DNA of 63,451 nucleotides, filler included, from Octopus bimaculoides (lineage: Eukaryota), in assembly GCF_001194135.2 (NCBI RefSeq). It is 5 parts of 5 records of this genome, joined end to end, with 100 filler letters (N's around TTAATTAATTAA, not from the genome) between each part and the next. Parts side by side here need not be neighbours in the genome. Positions count along the whole stretch, not along the records: positions 21,548 to 45,775 come from NC_068996.1; 4 more parts are not named here. One strand, given 5' to 3'. The position numbers and the translations under genes were made by a program. A model generated the notes under the pieces. That model was not told the DNA's origin. It was given only the letters and a program-made list of their open reading frames with translations, and did not search any database. Shown piece by piece: positions 23,230-36,832 of the stretch (position 1 is its first letter; the number at the start of each line of letters is the position of its first letter).

Positions 23230-23535
23230 AATGACTGAGACATTTGGCATTATGTCGTGCTTGAAAAGATCCATCAAGCTGAGCAAAATTGCAGTGTCAC
23301 ACAAATTAGCACCTGTACCGGTGGCACATAAAAGCACCCCAGTGTCATGCAGATGGCACCTGTGCCAGTGACGTGTAAAAGCACTCATTACACTCTCAGG
23401 GTGGTTGACATTAGGAAGGGCATCCAGCTGCAGAAACCATGCCAAATCAGACTGGAATCTGGTGCAACCTTCCAGCCTGTTTAAACCATCCAACCCATGC
23501 CAGCATGGACAACAGATGTTATATGAAGATGATGA
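23230..23535 (+). mobile_element. Non-autonomous repeat with RTE-type 3' end and (GAT)n tail (family D)
   Basis: Ends ...ATTAGGAAGGGCATCCAGC...CCCATGCCAGCATGGA...GATGATGAT, shared with 29106, 31170 and 43985. Confidence 0.75.
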
Positions 23536-23669
23536 TATATATATATATATATATATGCATGTATATATTCATATGCAAAAATTAAATATGCATGTATATA
23601 TATATATACATATATATACACACACACACACACACACATCATAAGAGTAAGGACAGAAGTGATATAGTG

Positions 23670-23723
<54 letters not shown>

Positions 23724-23814
23724 AAAAATTAAATATGCATACACACACACAGATGATACATATATCATATATATACATATATTATATATGTAAAATCTAC
23801 TGAGGGCTTCAGAC

Positions 23815-24848
23815 AAAATTGTGGTTGACGCAAATTTCCAGCAAGACCAAGGGTGATGTGATGGTGGAACATTGAAGCCGACAGAGCAATAAAAGGAAGA
23901 TGCAAGTTTGAAAGGTTTTGAAGAATGGAGGAAGAGGAGAACTTTATCAGGGAGCTTGAAGAGAAGGAAGCAGATCTATTTAGTCAGGGAAGAGGCAAAA
24001 ATAACAACATTTGTCAATGTTCTACACTGTGTTGACCAATGGCATGAGGTGTTCTGAATTGCAAGGCAATTTATCAGAGAACACCAAGATGTTTAGGAAG
24101 AGAAATGTGTACAGAAGGATGATGGCATAGTTGCATTTAGTGATTCTGAAAACAAGTAGGCATGGAAGTGCAATTATGAAAGGTTATTAAATGTGGAAAG
24201 TGCATGGAAGAAAGTAGGTCTTCTTAATGTGAACCAACAAAGCGTTCAGCTATTCATGTTAGCAGAAATGTTTTAGATAAAATAATTAAGAAAATGAAGA
24301 CTGAGAAAGTTCCTGGTCCATCAGGAATTGCCTCTGAAATGCTTAAAATATCTGGCAGTGTAGAATATGGCCTAGTCACTCATATGGTTAATCAGTTTGT
24401 ACAGGAAGACAACATACTCAATAATTGGGGTAACAGCATCATAGCCAGTCATTACAAGAGTAAAAGAGATGCTTTAGATAGAATCACAGATGTATCAAAT
24501 TATTGGACCAGGTTATGAAAGTCACTGGAAAAGTAATAGTCCAGTTAATTAGAGAATTAATCTACATGAGATGCTGCTTAGTTTCATGCCAGAGAAAAGC
24601 ACTACTGACGCTCTCTTTATAGTTTGGCAACTACAGGAGAAGTATTTAGCAAAGAAGGAAACCACTGTACATTGCATTCATTGGCCTAGAGAAAACCTTT
24701 GACAGGGTATCTTGATCTCTTATTCTGTAGTTTTTGTGAAAGCTACAAGTAGATGAATGGCAAGTGAGAGCTACTCAGGCGATATACAGGAATGCCATTA
24801 GCAAAGAAAGAGTTAACAATGGATTGCAGAGATGAATTTAGTGTGCAG
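23815..24848 (+). mobile_element. Decayed RTE-clade RT region
   Basis: WKCNYERLLNVE, MKTEKVPGPSGIASEMLK, FMP.KSTTDAL..V.QLQEKYL, EKTFDRV; homologous to 62256-63000. Confidence 0.88.
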
Positions 24849-25122
24849 AACTATTCGGATAGAATGGGGCATGCCAAAGCTAGGCCGAAACAGCTGTACG
24901 ATTAAACTTCTGTTCATTCTCTAATTCCTTATGTACTTTGTACTTCTATCTGTAAACCCGGCTGGCAAAATAACATGGTTTGTCATAAGCACCTGTAATC
25001 TGTGTTTTTTTTTTTTTTGTCACTTTAGCTATGAATTAAATTAATGAATTCAACGGGATACACTGTCTGCAAGTAGTTGAGTTCAGCATATTATCCTCCA
25101 TTTTCTAATTGATATATATATA

Positions 25123-25319
25123 GGCGCAGGAGTGGATGTGTGATAAGCAGCTTGCATACCAACCACATGGTTCCGGGTTCAGTCCCACTGTGTGGCACCT
25201 TGGGCAAGTGTCTTCTACTATAGCCTCAAGCCGATCAAAGCCTAGTGAGTAGATTTGGTAGACGGAAACTGAAAGAAGCCCGTCATATATATGGCTGTAT
25301 GCCCTTCCTACCACCAATC

Positions 25320-25357
<38 letters not shown>

Positions 25358-25564
25358 ATGTATGTGTGTTTGTCTCCCCACCATCGCTTGACAACTGATG
25401 CTGGTGTGTTTACGTCCCCGTAACTTAGCGGTTCGGCAAAAGGGACCGATAGAATAAGTACCAGGCTTACAAAAGAATAAGTCCTGGGGTTGATTTGCTT
25501 GACTAAAGGCGGTGCTCCAGCATGGCTGCAGTCAAATGACTGAAACAAGTAAAAGAGTAAAAGA
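25123..25564 (+). mobile_element. tRNA-derived SINE family B with internal (AT)n(GT)n
   Basis: Head GGCGCAGGAGTGG(C/A)TGTGTG, B box GGGTTCAGTCCC, tail GAAACAAGTAAAAGAGTAAAAGAG. Confidence 0.9.
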
Positions 25565-25574
25565 GAGAGAGTAT

Positions 25575-25695
25575 ATATATATTGGATTTGTACTTGGGCA
25601 GAGTACCACAAATACCATCTTCCTAGTAAGACAGCAGCAGGAAAAGCATTTGACCAAAAGTAAGCCGTTGTACTTAGCTTTCATTTGCCTAAGCT
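25575..25695 (+). mobile_element. RTE RT fragment
   Basis: GFVLGQSTTNTIFLVRQQQEKHLTKSKPLYLAF. Confidence 0.8.
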
Positions 25696-26408
25696 AGTGA
25701 CACATAAAAAGCACTGAGGGAGGGCATCCAGCCATAAAAACCAAGTCAAAACAGACACAAATGTCTAGTGTAGGCCCCTACTTGGCCAGCTCCTCTCAAA
25801 CTGTCCAACCCATGCTAACATGGATGTTAAATGATGGTGATGATGATATATATTTAATAACAGGAATCAGAATTAAATACCATCTTGGTGGATTCCTTAG
25901 GTTTATGAAAGAATTAACTTTGTGTAAGCCCATATTGGTTGGTAGAAGACACTGTCATAACTGTCATTATCACTGTCATCATAACTACCATTTCCATCAT
26001 CATTATCATGAGCTAACAAACATTTTTCCATGCTGGCATGGACTGGACATGTCTCACAGCATTTCATTATTCATCATAGTTCCTATGTCATTTAGCACAA
26101 CGGACTCATATATTTAAACATATATCATAAAAGAAATTCAGAACCTATATCATGCCATTATCAAGATATAATCTAATTCAGTGCTATTCAAAGTGGTGGT
26201 CCACATACCGGTGCCAGTCCGTGAGCCATCAGCTGCTGGTATGTGGTGAGTTTCCAGAAAAGAACTCAGTCCAATAGCATAATTTGAGTAATTTCGCCTT
26301 ATGCACTGCAGTAAACAACTTAGCTTATGTAATATTGTATTGTTTGTTTACAAAATAAATATAAGATAGAAAAAATTGTCAACTTTTATTATATTCATTA
26401 TATATATA

Positions 26409-27047
26409 GGTGTAGGAGTGGCTGTGTGGTAAGTAGCTTGCTTACCAACCACATGGTTCCGGGTTCAGTCCCACTGCATGGCATCTTGGGCAAGTGTCTT
26501 CTACTATAGCCTCGGGCCGACTAAAGCCTTGTGAGGGGATTTGGTAAACGGAAACTGAAAGAAGCCCGTCGTATATATGTATATATNNNNNNNNNNNNNN
26601 NNNNNNNNNNNNNNNNNNNNNNNNNNNNNNNNNNNNNNNNNNNNNNNNNNNNNNNNNNNNNNNNNNNNNNNNNNNNNNNNNNNNNNNNNNNNNNNNNNNN
26701 NNNNNNNNNNNNNNNNNNNNNNNNNNNNNNNNNNNNNNNNNNNNNNNNNNNNNNNNNNNNNNNNNNNNNNNNNNNNNNNNNNNNNNNNNNNNNNNNNNNN
26801 NNNNNNNNNNNNNNNATGTATGTGTGTGTATATGTTTGTGTGTCTGTGTTTCTCCCCCCAACATCGCTTGACAACCGATGCTGGTGTGTTTACGTACCCC
26901 GTAACTTAGCGGTTCGGCAAAAAGAGACCGATAGAATAAGTACTAGGCTTCCAAAGAATAAGTCCTGGGGCCGATTTGCACGACTAAAGGTGGTGCTCCA
27001 CCATGGCCACAGTCACACGACTGAAACAACTAAAAGAGTAAAAGAGT
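26409..27047 (+). mobile_element. tRNA-derived SINE family B (internal microsatellite spans an N gap)
   Basis: Both halves match 25123-25564. Confidence 0.92.
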
Positions 27048-27189
27048 ATATTGTTTCTAGTATAAATTAATATAACTAAGGAGTATTACCAGTCCCTGGC
27101 ACATTGGAAAAAAAAACCTGCCGCTATGCCACATCAGATAGTTTGAGAAGCACTGCTCTAATTCACAACAGCAAACCATCTTCCATTTT

Positions 27190-27383
27190 ATACCCTTTTG
27201 ATACCAACCTATTTTAGACCACCCTTAGTTTAATGACACAAACTTTCTGTTTTAAAGTAATTTTAATTGGAACCTTCCGTCAAAATTCCATATTAATTTG
27301 TTTCATATACCAACCTTAATAACGGCAGTTATTTTACTAAATCCTTTGTTACTGATAAAATTGATTTAAACAAAGGAGGTTAA
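27190..27383. mobile_element. Degenerate piggyBac-like MITE
   Basis: CCCTTTTGATACCAACC...GGAGGTTAA; similar to 37293-37662. Confidence 0.5.
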
Positions 27384-27401
27384 GCTGTTTCCTAGTGTAT
27401 A

Positions 27402-28814
27402 TCTTGTATATTAAAAGGCAAGTTGTCTGTCTGTTGTATGAACCACTTCTACTCCTACAATTTTCAACTGAATTTTAATAAATTTGACATGTATGCTCTC
27501 TTTTGACTTAGGATGCTTTTTCTGATAATTTTTCCCTCAAAATTCCACACCCCCAACATAAATAGACTACTCTCAATTTGCCTAGGATTTGGCTTGAGCC
27601 AGCGAAAATCATGACACACACCCAGCTGGAAAAAATTAATACTTTACTTTGTCAGCTGTAGTGAGTTCTTATCGACTGGTACTGCAGGCAGTATTCATTT
27701 GCGAGTTATGATTTGCCTCTGTTTTCATGTAAGCGCACTTTTTTATATAATTATTCCAACTTAAACTAGCCACTTCAAAACTCTTACCCAAAATTAAAAA
27801 TCCTTAATTCGGTCTGTTTGATTAACATTTTTGCCAACTTACATTTTACTATTTTTGGGGTGCTACACATTCACTGCTTTTTCCTTAGGACATTTTCTAT
27901 TGCATAAACTGATAATTTTCCACCATACCTTGATGCAAAAGATCCAATATAGGTCGGCAAACTAATGCTGCAAAGAAAAGTAAACGTATGCATGCAAATG
28001 AATTTGCTGAGGACGCCGATAGGAGGAACTCTCTCAATGCACTTAGGATGATTTCAGTGCGAAGAAGGGAAAGTGAAGTGCAGCTTTGTGATCAGTTAGC
28101 ATGTATTGCTGCACAATGTGCGGCCCAGAGCAACATACCAAACAAGAAATGCTTCCTCAACTGCTGTTGTACGAGCTGCAGAGACTGCAGCACAACATGC
28201 AGATTGACTTACAAGAGATGCTGCAGCAACTGCTGCTGCACGTGCTACGGAGACTACAGGGGAAAGACAACAATGGATGTTGTTCTATGTGGCAAACAGG
28301 AAAACATCAGGTAACCACACCCTTGTCACCTTATTTATATATTTCATTAGCGTAATCTTCACAGTATGCATTCCATTAAGTACCCCCAATTGTGAGGTAG
28401 GCAACAGATACTACACTTTTCATCTTTTTTGCACAGGCCACACGTCAAATATTTTGTTCAGATAATGTTGTATGTGCAACACAGCGAAACAGCAGGTAAA
28501 CATACTATTTCTCGTTAGGCTCAAACTTTCCATCTGCTAAACAGCACACGTCAGCAGTTATGTGGTAAGGAAAGTAAACTCAATTACTGCTGGTTTTTTA
28601 CAGATCGACCTACTGTCCCAATGGAAAACAATGACAATGGTGTGGGCGTATCATTCTGCATGTTTGCTATTGTACTAAATAAATCAAACAATGCTAGGAA
28701 CATCTGCCATTATGATTTCTTTCATTCAATTAAGAGGTGCATCCGTGAATGGTCTAATCACCAAACAGGCATACTTAACAAACAGCCCCAGGCAATGCTG
28801 GTTATGCCTGCTAG
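27402..28814 (+). mobile_element. Non-autonomous or deleted Helitron (~1.4 kb) with decayed STPR-like 23-aa repeats
   Basis: 5' A|TCTTGTATATTAAAAGGCAAGTTGTCTGTCTG. 3' eroded hairpin CCCCAGGCAATGCTGG followed by CTAG|T at 28811-28815. Internal frame RAAETAAQHAD*LTRDAAATAAA-RATETTGERQQ has exact 69-nt spacing (28172, 28241). Confidence 0.8.
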
Positions 28815-29065
28815 TACATATAAGCCCTTTCCTTTCTCTCTTTGCAAGAGTTTCAATATATCTATCTATCTATCTGTGTATCTAATACAATGTAATTTTA
28901 CAAACATTTCCATACCTCTTTTTCTAATGAATAAACTGCTTATTTTGAAATCACTAATTATGTAAGTATATATGTATGTATTTTAGTACACTTACACATT
29001 ATTATTATATATATATGTATATTATTTTATATATATGTATATACATATATAATTTCATATATATG

Positions 29066-29105
<40 letters not shown>

Positions 29106-29108
<3 letters not shown>

Positions 29109-29705
29109 CATCATCATCATCATCATCGTTTAACATCCGCTTTCCATGCTGGCATGGGTTGGATGGTTTGACTGAGGACTGGCAAGCCAGACAGCTGCAC
29201 CAAGCTCCAATCTGATCTGGCAGAGTTTCTACAGATGGATGCCCTTCCTAATGCCAACCACTCAGAGAGTGTAGTGGGTGCTTTTACATGCCACCAGCAC
29301 AAGGGCCAGTCAGGCAGTACTGGCAACAGCCACGCTCAAAATGGTGTTTTTTTATGTGCCACCTGCACAGGAGCCGGTCCAGCGGAACTGGCAACGACCT
29401 TGCTTGAATGTTGTCTTTCATGTGCCACTAGCACAAGTGCCAGTAAGGCGATGCTGGTAATGATCACGCTCGAATGGTTCTTTTTACATGCCACCAGCAC
29501 AGGAGCCAATCAGTGGCCCTGGCAACAATCACAATTGGATGGTGCTCTTAGCACTCCACTACCACAGATGCCAACCAAGCAGTGCTGTCATTGAATTTGA
29601 TTTCGATTTCACTTGCCTCAACAGGTATTTGCAAGCAGAGTTTAGTGCCCATTGAAGGAAAGGTACACATAAGTGGGCTGGTTACACCACTGGCATAGAC
29701 CACAG
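29106..29705 (-). mobile_element. Family D repeat (RTE-type tail, internal subrepeats)
   Basis: (ATC)n tail at 29106-29127, then AACATCCGCTTTCCATGCTGGCATGGG. Internal repeated TGCCACCAGCACA units. Confidence 0.8.
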
Positions 29706-29736
29706 GTTATTTTATATACATGTATATACATATATA

Positions 29737-29767
<31 letters not shown>

Positions 29768-30319
29768 NNNNNNNNNNNNNNNNNNNNNNNNNNNNNNNNN
29801 NNNNNNNNNNNNNNNNNNNNNNNNNNNNNNNNNNNNNNNNNNNNNNNNNNNNNNNNNNNNNNNNNNNNNNNNNNNNNNNNNNNNNNNNNNNNNNNNNNNN
29901 NNNNNNNNNNNNNNNNNNNNNNNNNNNNNNNNNNNNNNNNNNNNNNNNNNNNNNNNNNNNNNNNNNNNNNNNNNNNNNNNNNNNNNNNNNNNNNNNNNNN
30001 NNNNNNNNNNNNNNNNNNNNNNNNNNNNNNNNNNNNNNNNNNNNNNNNNNNNNNNNNNNNNNNNNNNNNNNNNNNNNNNNNNNNNNNNNNNNNNNNNNNN
30101 NNNNNNNNNNNNNNNNNNNNNNNNNNNNNNNNNNNNNNNNNNNNNNNNNNNNNNNNNNNNNNNNNNNNNNNNNNNNNNNNNNNNNNNNNNNNNNNNNNNN
30201 NNNNNNNNNNNNNNNNNNNNNNNNNNNNNNNNNNNNNNNNNNNNNNNNNNNNNNNNNNNNNNNNNNNNNNNNNNNNNNNNNNNNNNNNNNNNNNNNNNNN
30301 NNNNNNNNNNNNNNNNNNN

Positions 30320-30373
<54 letters not shown>

Positions 30374-30693
30374 GTTTATTTCACTTATCTGCTTTTTACT
30401 TAATTAATCATGTTAATAGTTAATGAAACTTTGAAATGATAATGTGGGAAGCATTTAAATCTTAATTAATCAAGACTGTACTCATAGACATCCAACACAA
30501 ACATTCCTGAGCAATTCTTAACTAAACGAAGCAACAGAAAAGGAGGCAACTCTAACTAAAATGTTACTACTGAGAGTTGCAGGCAGTGAAATGATAGAAA
30601 TGTCAGAGCATCCAGTGGAATAGCTAACTATTCATTACAACTCTCTGTACACCGAGTTCAAATACTGCTACTTTTTCATCATTTAACCTAGAT

Positions 30694-30900
30694 CAGAGGT
30701 CACCAAACTTTTGTAGTATGGCGTGTGAAATACATAGCACAGCGCATGAAGTGACTGACTCAGTATACATACAACATGCGTAATCTAAGAAGTGTAAGAA
30801 GCAGTATAAAAGCATGTTTATTTTTATTCAGCATAGTGTGCCGGACAAATTGACATCGTGGGCTGGATCTGGCCCACGGGCCGTAGTTTGGTGACCCATG
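30694..30900. mobile_element. hAT/Charlie-type MITE
   Basis: TIRs CAGAGGTCACCAAAC / GTTTGGTGACCCATG. Perfect 8-bp TSD ACCTAGAT at 30686-30693 and 30901-30908. Confidence 0.92.
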
Positions 30901-31075
30901 ACCTAGATGAATATGGACTCCACCAGCTTTAAGATGTCCAAGTCATCTTTCTCTTGTTAATATGGGTAGGTGGGTGAGTGTGTAGGTAGGTAGGTAGGTA
31001 TACACACCCAACCAACCTCTCACAAACACACATATCTGTCTGTCTGTCTATCTATCTGTCTATCAACCTATATAG

Positions 31076-31110
<35 letters not shown>

Positions 31111-31169
31111 TATATATGTGCATTTTTACATATACACATACATATGAATGCAAATACATAATTATAGTC

Positions 31170-31320
31170 CACCCTGTAAAGTGGTTGATATTAGGAAGGG
31201 CATCCAGCCATAAAAAACCCTGCTAAAATAGACTGTGAAGCTTGGTGCAGTTTTCAGCTTAGCCAGCCCCTGTCAATCCATACCAGCATGGAATGGATAT
31301 TAAATGATGACAATGATGAA
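31170..31320 (+). mobile_element. Family D 3'-end fragment
   Basis: ATTAGGAAGGGCATCCAGCC...CCAGCATGGAA...TTAAATGATGA. Confidence 0.7.
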
Positions 31321-31367
31321 TTGTGTACATGAATACTTAGACTCAAACACCTGCACATGTGTGTGTA

Positions 31368-31419
<52 letters not shown>

Positions 31420-32809
31420 AAAGTAAAGTAGGTCTAGCAGAGATATGAACTGACTACAATAACCGGAATGAGTACTGCAAAGCATTCTATTCAAACCCTA
31501 ATAACTTTGCCAGTTCATTGTGTTAAACACTAACTGCCAACACATCCTACTTGCAGCCCTATGACTCCACCAAGAGTTGAGCACTCCAGTGAAAAACGAA
31601 TGTTCGTGGTTAATAAATCATTTATATAAGTTTAACAAGCTATGTCTAAAATTTTGTTAAATATCAAAAAAAAAAAAAAGAGGTAATTTTAATCAGCAAG
31701 AGATTAAAGGTTTAAAATAATAAATAAGGGTTTGTTATAGCTGTTGTTTTCTATCGTTTAGCCCTAGGTCTGCTCTGATTAAGCTGACATATTACTGTCT
31801 AATCCAGAAAGTGGCTGTAGTCATGATGATCCTTATCTGCCTAATGTAGTATATTAAATATCTGTGACTAAATTAATAAATGAAGACATTTCTAAACACT
31901 GTGCCATGGGAAACACATGTGTCACAGGTATGGTATTATGGTATTATTATACCCACAGTCAGAAGGTATGGTATTATTTGGAAAGGGGAGAAGAGCAGTT
32001 AAAAAATACCCAAATATTTGTTTTTTAAATTTAGTGTTCTTAATTCACAAATTCAATGCAATGAAAGTGTCCCTCTATGTTTTGAAGCAATTTTAATAAT
32101 ACTTTTAAATATATCATCATCAACATAATTTTACTGTCAACTTTTCCATGCCCACACAAACAGGACAAAATTTGTTGAAGTAGATTTTCTAAGGCCATCC
32201 TTTTACTAACCCATACCTCTTTCTAAGTAAGGTAAAAATCTCCTCATGACCACCCATTATTGGAAATGAAGGACAACACTTCCATAATATTGATTTTCAT
32301 TTACAACTATTATGTGATGTCAAGGCAACGAGACAATAACATACATGCACACACACATACACACACTCACTTACATGCATATTTATACTAATCAAGTGAT
32401 ATATGAACCCTGCCCAAATAATGGGCAAAAATTGATTAATGCAGTTCATCATATTTCCAAGGCCAGGAAAAATTGTCAACAGGGACATAAAACCAGGTCA
32501 TGAAGTACAACCCTACACCATGGATAGATGTGGATAGTGCATGCACTAATCCTAAGAGGAAACAAAATATGGATGCAGTGAGGGCAACAGTAGCTGAACA
32601 AACGTCTTTTGTGGGGAAATGGCACAGAAGGTTGTAATGCAGTTGATCTGTCTCCATCGGACGTTGAGTTTGAGAAACATGTACCAGCACCTAAGATTAC
32701 CTCAAACAACAAAAGATACAGGGTGGCCACCCCTGACACCTCTATGTATGTCAGACCAGTGACCACTGCAAACACACTATATATCACACAAGTATTCCTG
32801 TAACAACCC

Positions 32810-32959
32810 ACCAATGCAAAACCCAATACTTGAGAGACTTAATATGACAAGTAATCAAACAATATGCATGACACTGACAGAAACACATCTAAACATTGAC
32901 ATATCAGATGCTGAGATACACATAACAAAGTATGTTGCATTGCAAACTGAAAAAGAGAG

Positions 32960-33033
<74 letters not shown>

Positions 33034-35130
33034 GACTCTTGGTGGTGTTGCAGTGTACATCAGGAAGATGTCATGCTTTTTATGGAAGAAATAGTCCCAA
33101 CAAGGGGAAAAAAATGTTCTGGACCTCTGCTTCACAAATAAGCATGGTGCGCATCCATAATGTTAAGGTGGCACCAATGATTCTCTCATACCTGTATTGA
33201 GAAAAATATCATGGAACAAAACTGGTCTACCAGTTTCTATGCAAGATATTGACAAAGATACAACACTCAATGACAATCATGAATGACATATGCAATAAAC
33301 TTGCTCCAGAAAGAATGCAAAACCAACAGAAAAATATAATCCCCATAGACAGGAGGATTCTAATGAGACAATGAGCAAAGATTTCAAACCATCTACATGG
33401 ACCACAAATGGATAATGAATAATCCTATCTCAAACAAACAGTGTTCTAGATCGAAAACAAGCTCAACCATTTCCATGTAAAGGAAAGGGTAGAGAAAGTA
33501 GCCAGGGCTATCAAAAATATAAAGACAAAACCTAAAATGTATAGATTTGCAAAAGAGTCTGCTTCAGTACAGTACAAGACAGGGCCACTGTCTGACTGAC
33601 TGCAGACCTCAGAAGATCACTGAATGTGCAATACAAGAATGTTTTCACAACTCCATTGGGACACTTGCAAATAGCTGTCTTTTGAGTTCTTCAGCACCAC
33701 TCAAAGAAATGACAATTATTAATAACATCGAAAGAGGAAACAGATGTAATATCAGCCATTTATGAAATGAGTTCAAACTCAGCCACAGACCCTGATGGAT
33801 TCCCCCCCCCCACCAGAAAGGGGGCTCTAGCAAGACCACTACAGATCCTCTTCCAGAACTTCCTCATAACTGGGAGACTTCCCAAAAAGTTAAAGGAAGA
33901 TATAATACATTCTATCCATAGGTTATGGAATGCATTGTTAGGAAGAAACTGATCGCATTCTTTGAAGATAATGACTTGCTCCCTGACACCCAGCGTGGTT
34001 TCTGCTCAGAAAGAAGCTGCCTTACAGTTTTTGTAGCATTATGACCGGATGATGAAACAACTAATGAAACATGGATGTGATATATCTCGATTTTTCAAAG
34101 GCCTTTGATGAGGTTGATCATGGGTTGATATGTCACAAGCTACAGAGATTTGGCATAGTCTGAAAACTGGGAGAGTGGTGACATGAATTCTTAAAAGACA
34201 GAAGCCAAGCCAATGAGGCCCTCTCCAAGGAGACAGTAATTGAGAGTGGAGTGCCTCAGGGAACTGTTTTGGGTTTGTGGCTGTTTATGGTGGCTCTCTC
34301 AGACATGCAGATAGCCACACTTACTAGCTAGGCTGATGACACAAAAGTAGTACATGCAGTTAAGGAACCTTCCACTGCTAATCTTCTCCAGAAAGACCTG
34401 GAGGTCATATATAAATGAGCAGAAGGAAACAACTTGCAGTTTAATGCAATTAAATTCCAAGTCCTCCGCTGTTAGCTAGCCAGTAATCACATGCTGCAAC
34501 AACAATTCTTTGGACCAAAAGGAGCTGAAAACTCAGAGTCAAGTACAGTACGACATCTGGGGATTGATATGAGTAACGGTGTCTTGTTGCATGTACATAT
34601 CACCAAGATGGGGACAATATGCAAACAAATGGCTGAATGGATTCTGAAAACTTTCAGAACAAGGGACCAGGAAACTATGCTGGTTCTATGGAGGACATTT
34701 GTACTCAGCCATCAGGACTACTGTTCTCAACTATGGTCATCCCACAGCGGAATCTGAGGCAGTTCAGTGGTGTTGCACCAGAAATATCGAACTGATGGAG
34801 CAGATGAGCTACTGGAAGAGACTGAAAGAGCTATAACTATATTCCCTGGAGCAAAGACAGGAGAGATATGCAGTGATATATGTATGGAAGATTCTGGAAG
34901 GACTGGCACCAAACTTTAGTATCAAGAGCTATACCAACCCCCAAACTAGGTGTGACTGTACTCTTCCAAAGGTGCCAGCAATCCCATCTACAGTAAGGAT
35001 CATGTACTACAGCAGCATGGGATTCAAGGACCCCACAGTTATTTAATACCTTGACAAAATATCTGAGAGATCTTTGTAGAATAAGGGTAGATGTTTTCAA
35101 GAAACAACTCAATGTCCTACTGTCCAAGGT
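32810..35130 (+). mobile_element. Decayed CR1-clade LINE (APE + RT)
   Basis: TLTETHL..DAEI.I..Y, SATDPDGFPP, LARPLQILF, DFSKAFDEVDHG, SGVPQGTVLG, ADDTK, RHLGIDMS, WILKTFRTRD...YCSQLWS; many stops and frameshifts. Confidence 0.9.
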
Positions 35131-36832
35131 CCCATATGAATGGCAATGTTGGGGCACCACCTTCAACAGTTTTTGATCACTCAAATCAACCAAGTACTAT
35201 TTTAAGCATCTTAACTCTAGTATATATATATATTTTTTTTTTTAGAAAAACTGATTTTGTGCCACAATACTTTTAGTACCTTGTTAATTTAAAAAAAAAA
35301 GATTTAATGAATGACAAAAAAAAAATTAAAAAGGACTGAGCAAAAATGTGTGTGGCACTGCTTAAGGCTGTAACAATGTGATTTGAGGGAGATTAGGCTG
35401 CTTTTTCTAGCAGGGTGAGTGACCACATAGATGCTTTCCCATTGTTGATGACTACTATGATAGCAATATTGGTTGGTAGTACTGCTGTTCTTCTTATAGC
35501 TGTGGTGGTGGCAATTGTGATGAGGATAGTGGAAGTGGTAATAGCAGTGGTGTTGGTGGTGGTGATGATGATGATGATGGTGGTGGTAAAGGTGACACAG
35601 TTCTTTTTTGTTCTCATTTTCTTTTGTTTTCTTTTTTTCTCTCCATTGTTTTATTTGTTCGGAACAATTCTCTTGTTTCAAACAAAGCTGACCTATTTCA
35701 TTATCATGGAAAAACAGGAAGGAAACTATAAATGAACTTTCATTAATTTAGGCAACTTCCACACTCACACACAAATGTACTCATCCATTTATATATATAT
35801 ATATATATATATATACGAACTAACATTCATACATATATACAAAATAACACACACACACACACACACACAGAAATACACATGCCTTTAGCAAAGTCAATTT
35901 TGTTGCAAGCATCTGGGCAGGTCTCCAAGTCTCTGGTGTCCAGACTCTGGTCTGGGCAGGTGTCCAGTTCTTTGGGCCAAGGATAACTACCTCCCTTACT
36001 TCATCCCACCCATCACTGAGGTCCTGAAAAGGAGTCATCAGGTGCTACTCTTCCTCTTCTGGCTAAGCAATAAAAAAAAAAAAAAGATGTATGCATGTTT
36101 TTATACACATGCACCTATACAGACACACAGGCACAAGAATACTAAGCATACACACATGTACACATTTGCATGATAAGCAAACATATGCTGATACATGTAC
36201 ATGCAACCATTTCACATATATACACGCATGCATACATATAAAGAGTCAAGTGTATACATGCATACACACAAAAACACACAATCTTAAGAGATCATCATCA
36301 TCATTATCATTGTTGTTGTTTCGTATTTGTATTAATTTATACAAGCTGCACCCAAGTCACAACCATAGGTGGCAGGGAGCAATGAGATTTTGCATCTATG
36401 GATGCAAACAGGTGAGGTGCCGTGCAATTGAAAAAAAACCCCCAAAAACTGGTGTTTGTGTTGAACAAAAAACAATGTCTTAATAAAATATATAATAAAA
36501 CTGAATGAATAAAACTCCGTAAGAGTGATTGTTGTTGCTTCTACTATAAGGCATACTACATTATAGTGGAAAGAATATAGTTGTTGTTGTTGTTGTTGTT
36601 AATATTGTGATTAATATCTTTATTATCAATTTTCTTTTATTTGGTTTGGCAGAAAAGATTGTGCTCTTTCACAGAGCCTCCAAAACCAGTGAGACTGACA
36701 AGGTTAATATTGTACTTGAACAATGGACTTGGGTCAAACAATGCTTGACCAGTAGAATTTTGGTGAATTTACACCATAGGTAACCCTCATCCCTCTTTAA
36801 CCACTTTCATACTAGCCTCCCACATACACATA

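Noticed and set aside
27988-28314. Cys-rich ORF (CCCTSCRDCSTTC...) resembling metallothionein
   Set aside because: Off-frame reading of GCT/GCA-rich Helitron STPR-like repeats after a frameshift.
31810-31850. KDHHDYSHFLD on the minus strand as the missing GALNT DWHDY exon
   Set aside because: In-frame stop follows, there is no phase-1 donor, and the context looks repetitive.
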